61,478 nt of DNA from an uncultured Candidatus Saccharibacteria bacterium (GTDB lineage Bacteria > Patescibacteriota > Minisyncoccia > Phycocordibacterales > PALSA-1337), in the NCBI GenBank assembly GCA_964467225.1, contig CAYXPQ010000004.1, positions 1-61,478 of the forward strand, in the 5' to 3' direction. A program made the position numbers and the translations under genes. The notes below the pieces were generated by a model. That model ran no database searches, had not been told where the DNA came from, and worked only from the letters and a program-made list of their open reading frames with translations. Below are positions 46,456-54,812 of this stretch, one piece after another (position 1 is the stretch's first letter; the number at the start of each line of letters is the position of its first letter).

Positions 46456-46499
46456 GATGCGTAGGGGGTCCTTGCAATCCTCTATGCAAGTAACGCATC
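46456..46499 (-). other. Two-tier hairpin in the 5' leader of the 72-aa ORF
   Basis: GATGCGT (46456-46462) pairs with ACGCATC (46493-46499). Inner stem CTTGCA (46471-46476) pairs with TGCAAG (46485-46490). No known riboswitch recognised. Confidence 0.4.
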
Positions 46500-46573
46500 A
46501 TTCCGGATAAATATACTAGCATGTTATAGAAAATGTGTCTATAAGCTTGTTTGTGGAAATTTTGAAATGAGAA

Positions 46574-46605
46574 AGCCCCCGTGATGTCCTCACATCAGGG
46601 GGGCT
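46574..46605 (-). terminator. GC-rich intrinsic terminator T2 (minus strand), a sequence relative of T1
   Basis: AGCCCCC-G-TGATGT / CCTC loop / ACATCA-GGGGGGCT. It shares the outer arm AAAGCCCCCGT...GGGGGGCT and the TCCTC loop core with T1. The minus-strand RNA continues UUUCUCAUUUCAAAAUUU. Confidence 0.65.
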
Positions 46606-46624
46606 TATTGGTTGAGGTTCTCCC

Positions 46625-46771
46625 TCAGGACTTCCTGAGAGCCTTCTCAACCTCGGACCGAAGATTGACGGAATTTGCGAACACCGAAGTTCCATCCGGC
46701 AAAACTGCCATGAGATACCCAATTCCGACGGGTTGGGCGTGCTTGACAATACGATTGATCAAACGCTTCAT
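46625..46771 (-). CDS. Very small hypothetical ORF (48 aa), below the ORF-track cutoff
   Basis: Hand translation gives MKRLINRIVKHAQPVGIGYLMAVLPDGTSVFANSVNLRSEVEKALRKS with a TGA stop at 46625-46627. It is preceded by AAGAGGA 10 nt upstream of the ATG and by TTGCTT-17-TATAGT. Terminator T2 starts 19 nt after the stop. Confidence 0.35.
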   Translation of the reverse strand: MKRLINRIVKHAQPVGIGYLMAVLPDGTSVFANSVNLRSEVEKALRKS

Positions 46772-46892
46772 AACAACTCTATCCTCTTAGATGTACTTGG
46801 ATACATTGGCCAACTGGTCCTCTTACCAACAGTCAACGTATCTCTGGTTCTACACTATATCATACTATCAAAATAAAAGCAAGCCCTGTGAA

Positions 46893-48062
46893 TTACTGCC
46901 ACACAATAAGACTAGGATCAGGCTCCAAAGCTGAAACTGTATAATTATTTGAAGCATTCCACAATAACCAACTATTAAGTCCTGAATCGTATGTAGCTTT
47001 GATTTGAGCTTTGACCATATCAGAGTTATAAGTGGTTTTACCGATACTAAAATCTTGTAACCAAGGTCTAAGCTTATAAGGAGTTGTAGAAGCTAGCTCT
47101 GCCCGTTCTACACCCTTGGTCATAGCATAGAAAACAACTTCATAAGGCTTCTCAGCTGGGATATTAAATCCAAGGAAATTTTTGGGATAATGTGAAGGAT
47201 AGACCATCGGTGAGACATAATCGAAATGTCTTAATGCACTTTCTAGTATTTGACCAATGCCCAAATCATCACGATTAGAAGTTGTCATACCAAATAAATC
47301 GGCTGATATTGGAATTTTCTTTTCATGGAAATACTTATCTAAATAATTGAAAAATTCATCCAAAACTTGTGATCTTGATTTACCTTCACTGTAGGTATAT
47401 ACAATATCAGTCATATCACCGTCAGATGGAAAACGTATATAGTCAAAATTCAATTCATCAAACCCGACTGCATACGCTTCATCACCAATCTTTGCGACAT
47501 AATCCCAAACTTCTGGCGAACCAGCATCAAGCCAACTTACTCCTTTGTAATCCTGCCAAACTCCTCCTGCTTTATTCTTTACTGCATACTCAGGCTTTTT
47601 GTGAACTAAATATGAATCTTGAAAAGTAGAAATTCTACCTATCACGTAAATACCTTTATCATGTAAAAGACCGATGAATTCTTTTATGTCAGGTATTCGA
47701 TTTGTTGCAGAACCAATCTCTTTTAATTTTTCGTCATTGACTGGAAAACTAATTCTTCCAGTATAATCTTTAATATCAATAACTACAGAATTCAATTCTG
47801 TATCATCGATTATCTTTACAAGATTTGATCTTAATTTGATATTCCCTGCTACCCAACTCGACATATAAAGAGCTTTGACAGCATCCGGTGTCTCAATATG
47901 CTTTACCTTAAATGGTGTAGGTGTTGATGAAGAAGCTACCGATGCCACCTGCACCACATCATTATTAAATGTTTCTTTGTATTTATAAGGTGAGAAAAAG
48001 CCAGCCACAACTATCACAATCAAAATAATTAATATTGATAGTAGATATATCGGCTTCATCAT
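46893..48062 (-). CDS. Putative glycoside hydrolase (DUF4015/GHL-type TIM barrel), membrane anchored
   Basis: 389 aa with an N-terminal TM anchor. VKALYMSSWVAGN...LNSVVIDIKDYTGRISF and GFDELNFDYIRFP fit the DUF4015 pattern as I remember it. Confidence 0.65.
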   Translation of the reverse strand: MMKPIYLLSILIILIVIVVAGFFSPYKYKETFNNDVVQVASVASSSTPTPFKVKHIETPDAVKALYMSSWVAGNIKLRSNLVKIIDDTELNSVVIDIKDYTGRISFPVNDEKLKEIGSATNRIPDIKEFIGLLHDKGIYVIGRISTFQDSYLVHKKPEYAVKNKAGGVWQDYKGVSWLDAGSPEVWDYVAKIGDEAYAVGFDELNFDYIRFPSDGDMTDIVYTYSEGKSRSQVLDEFFNYLDKYFHEKKIPISADLFGMTTSNRDDLGIGQILESALRHFDYVSPMVYPSHYPKNFLGFNIPAEKPYEVVFYAMTKGVERAELASTTPYKLRPWLQDFSIGKTTYNSDMVKAQIKATYDSGLNSWLLWNASNNYTVSALEPDPSLIVWQ

Positions 48063-48068
48063 TTATTA

Positions 48069-48326
48069 TCAATTATTTTTATTATCACTCTCTACAAAAG
48101 TTGAATTGGAATTTTTAACGATTGTATTATGTTCTTGTGGTAGATTGTAAGCAATCGCAATTATTATTAATCCTGAAATGACTAATATAATTTTATGCCA
48201 GCCAATAGGAAATCCAAGGAAAAGAAATATCATCACCCATACACCCATAATACATAGCCATTGTCTTTTTGACATAATTTTATTTTTTATTTTAAGTCCT
48301 ACAATTATAACCTGATATCTATGCAA
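48069..48326 (-). CDS. Small membrane protein (85 aa, two TM helices)
   Basis: ORF with two hydrophobic helices (WLCIMGVWVMIFLFLGF and ILVISGLIIIAIAY). Confidence 0.45.
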   Translation of the reverse strand: MHRYQVIIVGLKIKNKIMSKRQWLCIMGVWVMIFLFLGFPIGWHKIILVISGLIIIAIAYNLPQEHNTIVKNSNSTFVESDNKNN

Positions 48327-48343
48327 TATCTAGCTGTGAATAG

Positions 48344-48377
48344 AATAAATCCGTGATCTTACGGGAACGGATTTATT
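48344..48377 (-). terminator. Hairpin downstream of the 158-aa orphan gene
   Basis: AATAAATCCG (48344-48353) pairs with CGGATTTATT (48368-48377). It lies 16 nt past the stop at 48393. Confidence 0.5.
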
Positions 48378-48392
48378 GTGCACTCTGAACAC

Positions 48393-48869
48393 CTACCCAA
48401 CCCCAGCTTGTGGTAATGGAAATCTTAGCACCTTCGGTCTAAGACACATTTCACCATTGACTTTAACAAGAAACTGAGGATCATTCTCATCAAAAAACCA
48501 ACATTCCTCATGGCGTGCTGTGAAGAATGATTCTTTTACCTTCAGACGATAAGGTCTTGGTTCTTTGCCAGATTTCTCATCTCTACTTCTCTGGCGATAA
48601 TAGAACCACCATTCCATAGATAGAAAATCTGAGCCTTTATACACAGAATCCCATCTTATAATTTTGCTCGGCCCATGACCTATGACTACTTGTATGCATA
48701 ACCACTCAAAGTAAAGCTTCAAATACTCATATTTGACACCAGAGAATCTCCAATCTATGAACTTTCCCTGATAGATATGATTATCTTTAGTCTTTAATCT
48801 GAATTGTTTGCCCAAGAACTGGTGCAATTCTTTCTCAAGTCGAGTCACATTCCAATTAAATGGGTGCAT
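48393..48869 (-). CDS. Hypothetical Trp/aromatic-rich protein (158 aa), no family recognised
   Basis: ORF at about 38% GC (23/60 in a counted line). It holds 10 Trp residues, an unusually high content, and has its own terminator. Confidence 0.5.
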   Translation of the reverse strand: MHPFNWNVTRLEKELHQFLGKQFRLKTKDNHIYQGKFIDWRFSGVKYEYLKLYFEWLCIQVVIGHGPSKIIRWDSVYKGSDFLSMEWWFYYRQRSRDEKSGKEPRPYRLKVKESFFTARHEECWFFDENDPQFLVKVNGEMCLRPKVLRFPLPQAGVG

Positions 48870-48933
48870 TTATGTTTCCTGTTGTTGATTGTTGGAACTA
48901 TTTTCTACTATTTATTATAACATCATTCAAAAC

Positions 48934-49602
48934 CTAATTAGACACAATAACTACAAACTCTCCTTTCTGCTTCTCAGGTGTCTTTGTAAGTATTTCTAAT
49001 ATTTCTTCAGCAGAGCCTTGTATTATTTCTTCATATATTTTAGTTAATTCTCTAGCTAATGTTATTTTTTTATTTACCTTCTTCAATGATTCTAATGTTT
49101 TCAAAATTCTATGAGTTGATTCATAAAAAACTACTGTTCTTTCTGCTTCAGCTATTTCTTTAAATAAAGTCTTTCTGCCCTTTTTATGAGGCATGAATCC
49201 TAGGAAAATAAATTCATGAGTCGGAACACCAGCGATAGAGAGAGCAGATATCATTGCGGAAGGTCCTGGAATAGCAACAATAGATAGATCAGGATACTTC
49301 AGTCTAATCTCTGAAATAAGAATAGATCCAGGATCAGATATACCAGGTGTGCCCGCGTCAGTGACAAGAGCAATATTTTTGCCTTCTCCAATCTTCTCTA
49401 AAATTAAGTCCACCTTAGTATCACCACTTTGAGCATGATAACTCATCATCGGAGTATTGATGTCATGTCTTTCAAAAAGTCTTTTGGTTACTCTAGTATC
49501 TTCACACAAGACAATATCAACCTCTTTTAGAGTTCTAATAGCTCTAAGAGTAATATCCTCTAAGTTCCCTATAGGCGTTGCTATAACATAAAAAGTAGAC
49601 AT
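48934..49602 (-). CDS. rsmI: 16S rRNA (cytidine1402-2'-O)-methyltransferase
   Basis: 222 aa. Motifs FYVIATPIGNLEDITLRAIRTLKEVDIVLCEDTR, DAGTPGISDPG. Confidence 0.9.
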   Translation of the reverse strand: MSTFYVIATPIGNLEDITLRAIRTLKEVDIVLCEDTRVTKRLFERHDINTPMMSYHAQSGDTKVDLILEKIGEGKNIALVTDAGTPGISDPGSILISEIRLKYPDLSIVAIPGPSAMISALSIAGVPTHEFIFLGFMPHKKGRKTLFKEIAEAERTVVFYESTHRILKTLESLKKVNKKITLARELTKIYEEIIQGSAEEILEILTKTPEKQKGEFVVIVSN

Positions 49603-49629
49603 AAAGATATAATATACTACACTATCTAT

Positions 49630-50814
49630 ATGGCAAGTAATAAAGACAATATTGTATATATAGCAAGAGATATAGACCGCGCTATGGGCAAAGAGCCAAT
49701 TGGCAATTATTTTATTATTACCAATTCTACTCCATATTCACAAGAGATAAAGGATAAATATCATGATAATATTTTCCTTATAAAATCAGAAGAAATATTG
49801 GATACATACGAATTACTTCTGTTGAATGAAGTCAAAAATATTATTAAAGATAAAAACGCCAAAATATTAGTATTTAAAAATACTATTCACATTGAAAGTC
49901 TGTGCAAAGAAAATAATTTTCAACTCCTTAATCCAAATGCCGAGCTTTCAGAAAGAATCGAAAACAAAATTACCCAAATAGAATGGCTTGAAGAATTACA
50001 ATCACTCCTTCCAGAACATTCAATTTCTTTAGTTAAAGATATCAAATGGAACAAAAAACCTTTTGTATTGCAATGGTCACATGGACATACCGGAGAAGGA
50101 ACTATACTTATCCAAACAGAATCTGATCTTAACTCTCTAAAGGCGAAATTCTCTCTTCGAGAAGCAAAAGTTACCGAATTTATAAACGGACCAGTATTTA
50201 CTGCAAACATAATAGTTACAGACGATATAATTCTCCTTGGAAATATCAGTTACCAGATAACTGGAATACTTCCTTTTACCGAAAATGCATTTAGTACTAT
50301 TGGGAACGATTGGAGCCTGCCACATACAATATTGACTGAAGATCAAATAAAATCTTTTGAAGATATTGCAGAAAAAATTGGCAGAAAAATGCAAAATAGT
50401 AATTGGCGAGGATTGTTTGGAATAGATGTTATATATGATTCCGAAAAAGATGAATTGAGATTAATTGAAATAAATGCCAGACAACCAGCATCTACAACTT
50501 TTGAATCTGAATTACAAAGACAATTTGACCCCGAAGGAACTACAACATTTGATGCGCATTTATTATCACTTCAAAATACCCCAACAACCTCTGCCTTGAT
50601 ACAAATAAATGACGGAGCGCAAATTGTACAAAGAGTTACGAAGGCTTCTCATGAGTCAGATCCTATAAAATTAATTAATGCGGGTTATAAGGTTATAATA
50701 TATAACAATACAAAATTAAATTCTGATTTAATTAGGATTCAATCTTCGAAAGGTATAATGGAAACGCATATGAAATTAAACAAAAGAGGCAAAGAAATTT
50801 TAAGTCTTATTTAA
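49630..50814 (+). CDS. ATP-grasp domain protein of unknown substrate
   Basis: 394 aa. WRGLFGIDVIYDSEKDELRLIEINARQPAST is the Mg/ATP-binding ExN region. A lysine-containing B-loop region lies upstream. Confidence 0.65.
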   Translation: MASNKDNIVYIARDIDRAMGKEPIGNYFIITNSTPYSQEIKDKYHDNIFLIKSEEILDTYELLLLNEVKNIIKDKNAKILVFKNTIHIESLCKENNFQLLNPNAELSERIENKITQIEWLEELQSLLPEHSISLVKDIKWNKKPFVLQWSHGHTGEGTILIQTESDLNSLKAKFSLREAKVTEFINGPVFTANIIVTDDIILLGNISYQITGILPFTENAFSTIGNDWSLPHTILTEDQIKSFEDIAEKIGRKMQNSNWRGLFGIDVIYDSEKDELRLIEINARQPASTTFESELQRQFDPEGTTTFDAHLLSLQNTPTTSALIQINDGAQIVQRVTKASHESDPIKLINAGYKVIIYNNTKLNSDLIRIQSSKGIMETHMKLNKRGKEILSLI

Positions 50815-50815
50815 C

Positions 50816-51592
50816 ATGAACACAAAGGCAATCTCAGAAAAATCATTAGATATAATTGATCAATACCAAAATTTCAAAATTGGAAATGCTGTTTGTTCGG
50901 TTCCATATTACAATAACAGAACAAATGCATTGAGAGGAGCTCTAAGAGTTGAGGTTGGCAAAGGTAGTCCCAAAGACATTTTTGAAGAGGTTCAGCAAAT
51001 ATGCTTGAAAAACAAAATAGACCCAAATACTTTAACATCAGAAGAATTGAAGGCTATCCTGGTTGATAATAATATCGGACTTGATTGCTCGGCTTTTGCG
51101 TATTACATATTAAATGAAGAAAGTTCAAGTATTGGTAAAGGAAATATTGATAAGCATCTCTCATTTCCATATTGCAGTGGAATATTAGGCAAAATCAAAT
51201 GCAAAATAAGACCAATAGAGAACACTGATGTAAAGACTTTTGCTCATAATAGTAATAGCAAAATAATTAATCTCAGAGATATTAGGCCTGGAGATGTAAT
51301 TACTATGACCGGGGGTCCAAATCAAAATGACAGAGATCATATCTTAATAATCAGCCGAATTGAATATCAAAATTTCATCGTTTCAACTATACACTATACA
51401 CATGCTGTATCATGGCCCACAGATGGTCAATATGGTCATGGAATTCACCAAGGAACAATCGGAATTATAAATCCAGAAAAAAGTATCTTGGATCAAATTT
51501 GGATTGAGAATGATAAAAGAAATGAAGAAAATTATACTCATTCAAGAGCAAAAAAATCCTTAACAGAAGTAAGAAGAATGAATTGGTTTTAA
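50816..51592 (+). CDS. Hypothetical protein, possibly an NlpC/P60-type (papain-like) cysteine peptidase/amidase
   Basis: 258 aa. It starts 1 nt after the ATP-grasp stop. A candidate Cys-His-His arrangement is LDCSAFAYYIL, GDVITMTGG...DRDHILIIS, IHYTHAV. Confidence 0.45.
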   Translation: MNTKAISEKSLDIIDQYQNFKIGNAVCSVPYYNNRTNALRGALRVEVGKGSPKDIFEEVQQICLKNKIDPNTLTSEELKAILVDNNIGLDCSAFAYYILNEESSSIGKGNIDKHLSFPYCSGILGKIKCKIRPIENTDVKTFAHNSNSKIINLRDIRPGDVITMTGGPNQNDRDHILIISRIEYQNFIVSTIHYTHAVSWPTDGQYGHGIHQGTIGIINPEKSILDQIWIENDKRNEENYTHSRAKKSLTEVRRMNWF

Positions 51593-51619
51593 TCGCATTT
51601 TTGTGCTAATCTATTCAAC

Positions 51620-52747
51620 ATGATTAGTATACTAGAAGGTACAGCCGACCTAGCTTATATATTGGGTTTTGCTCTGTTTTCTTGTGCTATTGCTTTTATT
51701 TGGTCCCCTTTTCTTATCAAACAACTTTATAAATTTAATGTAATAAAAGGCTCCAAAAGAGAACTTATAAATATTGAATCACAAAAGAATAAGAACAAAA
51801 CCCCAACCATGGGAGGATTATTGGTTATTGTTACAGTAGCTATAATTACCCTACTATTTAATTGGTCTAGAAACTATACGTGGGTTCCGATCAGTGTAAT
51901 GCTTATCGCTGCTCTTTTGGGTGCGCTTGATGATCTTCTAAATATTTTTGGTAATGAAAGGCGATCAAGGAAATTATCTCAAATTTTTACCTTGATAAAA
52001 GTTCATAAGGAAATGAAAATGAGATTGTGGTATATAGTTACCTTACCATGGTCAATCTTTAAGAGAACTTCAGTATGGATTGGTTCAAGAACCAATAAGG
52101 GTATACTAGTTCATGAGAAATTGCTATTACAGTTTATTGCTGGATCAGTAACAGCATGGTGGATTTATGACAGACTAGGTACAGCTTGGCATTATATTTA
52201 TCTTCCATTTAACTATGATATATATCTGGGTTGGATGATTATTCCATTTATAATTTTTATTGTTATGTTTACAGCAAATTCTGTAAACATCTCTGATGGG
52301 ATGGATGGTCTTGCAGGTGGTATGCTTATTTCTTCTTTTAGTGCTTTAACAATATTAAGTTGGATAAATGGCTTCGGTGAAATTGCAGTACTCAACGCCA
52401 CTACAGTAGGTGCACTTGTTGCGTACACTTATTTCAATATTAAGCCTGCAAGATTTATTCTCGGCGATGTGGGTTCATTGGGACTTGGCGCCCTATTTGC
52501 CGTAAATACTATCGCTATAGGAGAAATTGGATCAATATTCTTTCTAGGATTCTTATTCTATGTAGAAGCAATAACTGTTATTATACAAATATGTGGCAGA
52601 TACGTCTTCAATAGTCGAATATTCAAAATGGCACCAATACATCATCATTTCGAATTAATAGGTTGGACAGAAGAGAAGACCATAATGAGATTCTGGATGC
52701 TACACTTCATTTTTGTAGTTTTTGGTATTTGGTTAGCATTACATTAA
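51620..52747 (+). CDS. mraY: Phospho-N-acetylmuramoyl-pentapeptide transferase
   Basis: 375 aa. Motifs TPTMGG, NISDGMDGLAGG, MAPIHHHFEL. Confidence 0.9.
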   Translation: MISILEGTADLAYILGFALFSCAIAFIWSPFLIKQLYKFNVIKGSKRELINIESQKNKNKTPTMGGLLVIVTVAIITLLFNWSRNYTWVPISVMLIAALLGALDDLLNIFGNERRSRKLSQIFTLIKVHKEMKMRLWYIVTLPWSIFKRTSVWIGSRTNKGILVHEKLLLQFIAGSVTAWWIYDRLGTAWHYIYLPFNYDIYLGWMIIPFIIFIVMFTANSVNISDGMDGLAGGMLISSFSALTILSWINGFGEIAVLNATTVGALVAYTYFNIKPARFILGDVGSLGLGALFAVNTIAIGEIGSIFFLGFLFYVEAITVIIQICGRYVFNSRIFKMAPIHHHFELIGWTEEKTIMRFWMLHFIFVVFGIWLALH

Positions 52748-52753
52748 TAAATT

Positions 52754-53389
52754 ATGGAATATCTACACTGGAAAGAAGAGATAATAAACGATGCTACAAC
52801 AGAGACGATTAGCAAGATGTATGATAATGGCTTTGTCTTTACCAGAATCAATAAAGGTGTAATGCATCAAACAAGAAGTATTAGGATAAATTTAGATAGA
52901 TTTGAGCTATCAAGTGAGAATAGAAGAATACTTCGTAAGGGTGAGGACATTCTTCTAGAGAAATTCTCAATACCCTATAGTTCATATAAATGGGAAATAG
53001 GCAAAATGGCTAAAGACTTTTATGACAAAAAGGCTTTAGGGGCCTTCTCAGCAAATCGGATTAAGGAACTAATAACTACTACAGATAATTTCAATTCCCT
53101 ATTTTCATTCTCTGGATTAGGATACGCAATATGTTATGAGAATAATTCTATAATCCACTATTGTTATCCATTTTATGATTTAGAAAAGAGTCCAAAGGAT
53201 ATGGGACTAATAATGATGACGAAAGTTTTGGAAGAAGCTAGAACTCTTGGGTTGAAGTATGTATATTTAGGTTCATTACAAAGATCAGGTGATGTTTATA
53301 AATTACAATTTTCTGGAATAGAGTGGTTCGATGGGAAGACGTGGAAAAGTGATATAGGAGAAGTTAAGAAGATTTTGATTGTTAAATAA
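52754..53389 (+). CDS. Arginyl/leucyl-tRNA--protein transferase-like (Ate/Bpt C-terminal domain-like, GNAT-fold) protein
   Basis: 211 aa. RSIRINLDRFELSSENRRILRK and DMGLIMMTKVLEEARTLGLKYVYLGSLQRSGDVYKLQFSGIEWFDGKTW mirror the ATE_C/Bpt pattern as recalled (R-x-R...F-x-S...RR; G..YvYLGY...KM.YK..F.P.E). The N-terminal Cys-rich ATE_N domain is absent. Confidence 0.5.
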   Translation: MEYLHWKEEIINDATTETISKMYDNGFVFTRINKGVMHQTRSIRINLDRFELSSENRRILRKGEDILLEKFSIPYSSYKWEIGKMAKDFYDKKALGAFSANRIKELITTTDNFNSLFSFSGLGYAICYENNSIIHYCYPFYDLEKSPKDMGLIMMTKVLEEARTLGLKYVYLGSLQRSGDVYKLQFSGIEWFDGKTWKSDIGEVKKILIVK

Positions 53390-53441
53390 AATACACTTAC
53401 ACATTACATGCTAGTCAATAACACTTCATTCCTTTTTCATT

Positions 53442-53447
53442 TATAAT
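53442..53447 (+). promoter_or_regulatory. -10 box TATAAT only 6 nt upstream of the mpl-like start codon (leaderless configuration)
   Basis: Read directly: TATAAT at 53442-53447, then AGACCT, then the ATG at 53454. Confidence 0.5.
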
Positions 53448-53453
53448 AGACCT

Positions 53454-54812
53454 ATGACATTACAGAAACATGTCCATATTATAGGTATTTGTGGAGTAGC
53501 TACAGGCGCAATTGCAGTTGCATTTCATAGGGCAGGCTGGAAAGTTACAGGGTCTGACAAAGGCTTCTTCCCTCCTGTATCTACAGAATTAGATAAGCAT
53601 GGTATCAATTTCTATGCAGGATGGCATCCTGAAAATATTGATAGACCTGATATTGCAATTATGGGTACAGCTTCAGGAACTCAAAATCCAGAAACAGCTT
53701 ATATAAGAGATAATAATATTCCACTATATTCATTTGCCGAGGCAATTGGCAAATTCTTTGTTAAAGAATACTCAATTGTAGTAACAGGAACATGGGGCAA
53801 GACTTCTTCAACAACATTGCTTTCATATATATTTCAACAAGCCAACTATAACCCGACATATATGTTTGGTGGAATTTCCCTTTCTCATGATTCATCAGCT
53901 GAATTAACTGATAGCAGATACAGTATATTTGAAGGCGATGAATACAAAAGCTCACCAACCGACAATACTCCAAAATTCTTCTATTATAATCCGACTCATT
54001 TATTGCTTTCTGCAATATCTTGGGATCATGCCGACCTTTATCCTACTGAACAAAGCTATTTTGATGTATTCAAAAATTTAATATCAAAAACCAGATTTAT
54101 CGTAGCAAACAAAGACAATTCTAAAGTCAGAGAATTGGTAGATAAAGCAATATGGTATGGTAGTAAGGATGCAGATTATATCTACAGCGATGTAAAACAA
54201 ACCATAGATGGATTGGATTTTAAAATAAATGGAATTGATATTCATTCACAATTGATTGGCAAATTCCAAGCTGAGAATATTACAGGATGCTTCGCTATGG
54301 CAAGTGAGTTAGGAATAGATAAAGAGATAATTGTAAAAGCTATAGCAGAATTTAAAGGAATGAAAAGAAGATTGGAGAAAAGGTATGTGGGAGATATAAC
54401 TGTATATGATGACATCGCTCACTCTCCAGAGAAAGCTTCTACAGTACTAAGTAATTTAAAAGAAATATATGATGGCAAGATCATAGCAATATTTGAACCC
54501 AATACTGGTGGGAGAAGTAGAGAGTCAATAATTAAATATAATAATGCATTCAAAGATGCAGATTTAGTCATTATTCCTAGATTATCAAAATTAAAAGTAG
54601 GAGAAAATGACAAGCCAATAGATGGTGACGAATTAACAGAAGTAATTAAGAAAACTCATAATAATGTTATATACATTGAAGATGACAATAATTTAATCAA
54701 AACAGTGATTGAAACCGCCAAAAAAGGCGACTGTGTAGCCTTCATGGGTTCACATGGATTTAGAACAATGATTGAAGAATTAATTATTTCCCTTCGTCAA
54801 CAATCTCAGTAG
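53454..54812 (+). CDS. mpl: Mur ligase, Mpl-like (UDP-MurNAc:tripeptide ligase type) rather than a classic MurC
   Basis: 452 aa. HIIGICGVATGAIAVAFHRAGWKVTGSDKGFFPPVSTELDKHGI matches the Mpl N-terminus (GICG...GSD...PP.ST) better than MurC. The Mur ligase P-loop is VTGTWGKTSS. A C-terminal DDIAHSPEK is present. Confidence 0.75.
   Translation: MTLQKHVHIIGICGVATGAIAVAFHRAGWKVTGSDKGFFPPVSTELDKHGINFYAGWHPENIDRPDIAIMGTASGTQNPETAYIRDNNIPLYSFAEAIGKFFVKEYSIVVTGTWGKTSSTTLLSYIFQQANYNPTYMFGGISLSHDSSAELTDSRYSIFEGDEYKSSPTDNTPKFFYYNPTHLLLSAISWDHADLYPTEQSYFDVFKNLISKTRFIVANKDNSKVRELVDKAIWYGSKDADYIYSDVKQTIDGLDFKINGIDIHSQLIGKFQAENITGCFAMASELGIDKEIIVKAIAEFKGMKRRLEKRYVGDITVYDDIAHSPEKASTVLSNLKEIYDGKIIAIFEPNTGGRSRESIIKYNNAFKDADLVIIPRLSKLKVGENDKPIDGDELTEVIKKTHNNVIYIEDDNNLIKTVIETAKKGDCVAFMGSHGFRTMIEELIISLRQQSQ

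Noticed and set aside
46516-46790. Track ORFs 46516-46749 (-) and 46581-46790 (+) in the GC-rich patch.
   Set aside because: Both read straight through terminator hairpin T2, so the hairpin arms would be translated. The 48-aa ORF that stops 19 nt before the hairpin, with an SD-like box and a promoter, explains the signals better. All coding calls here remain weak.
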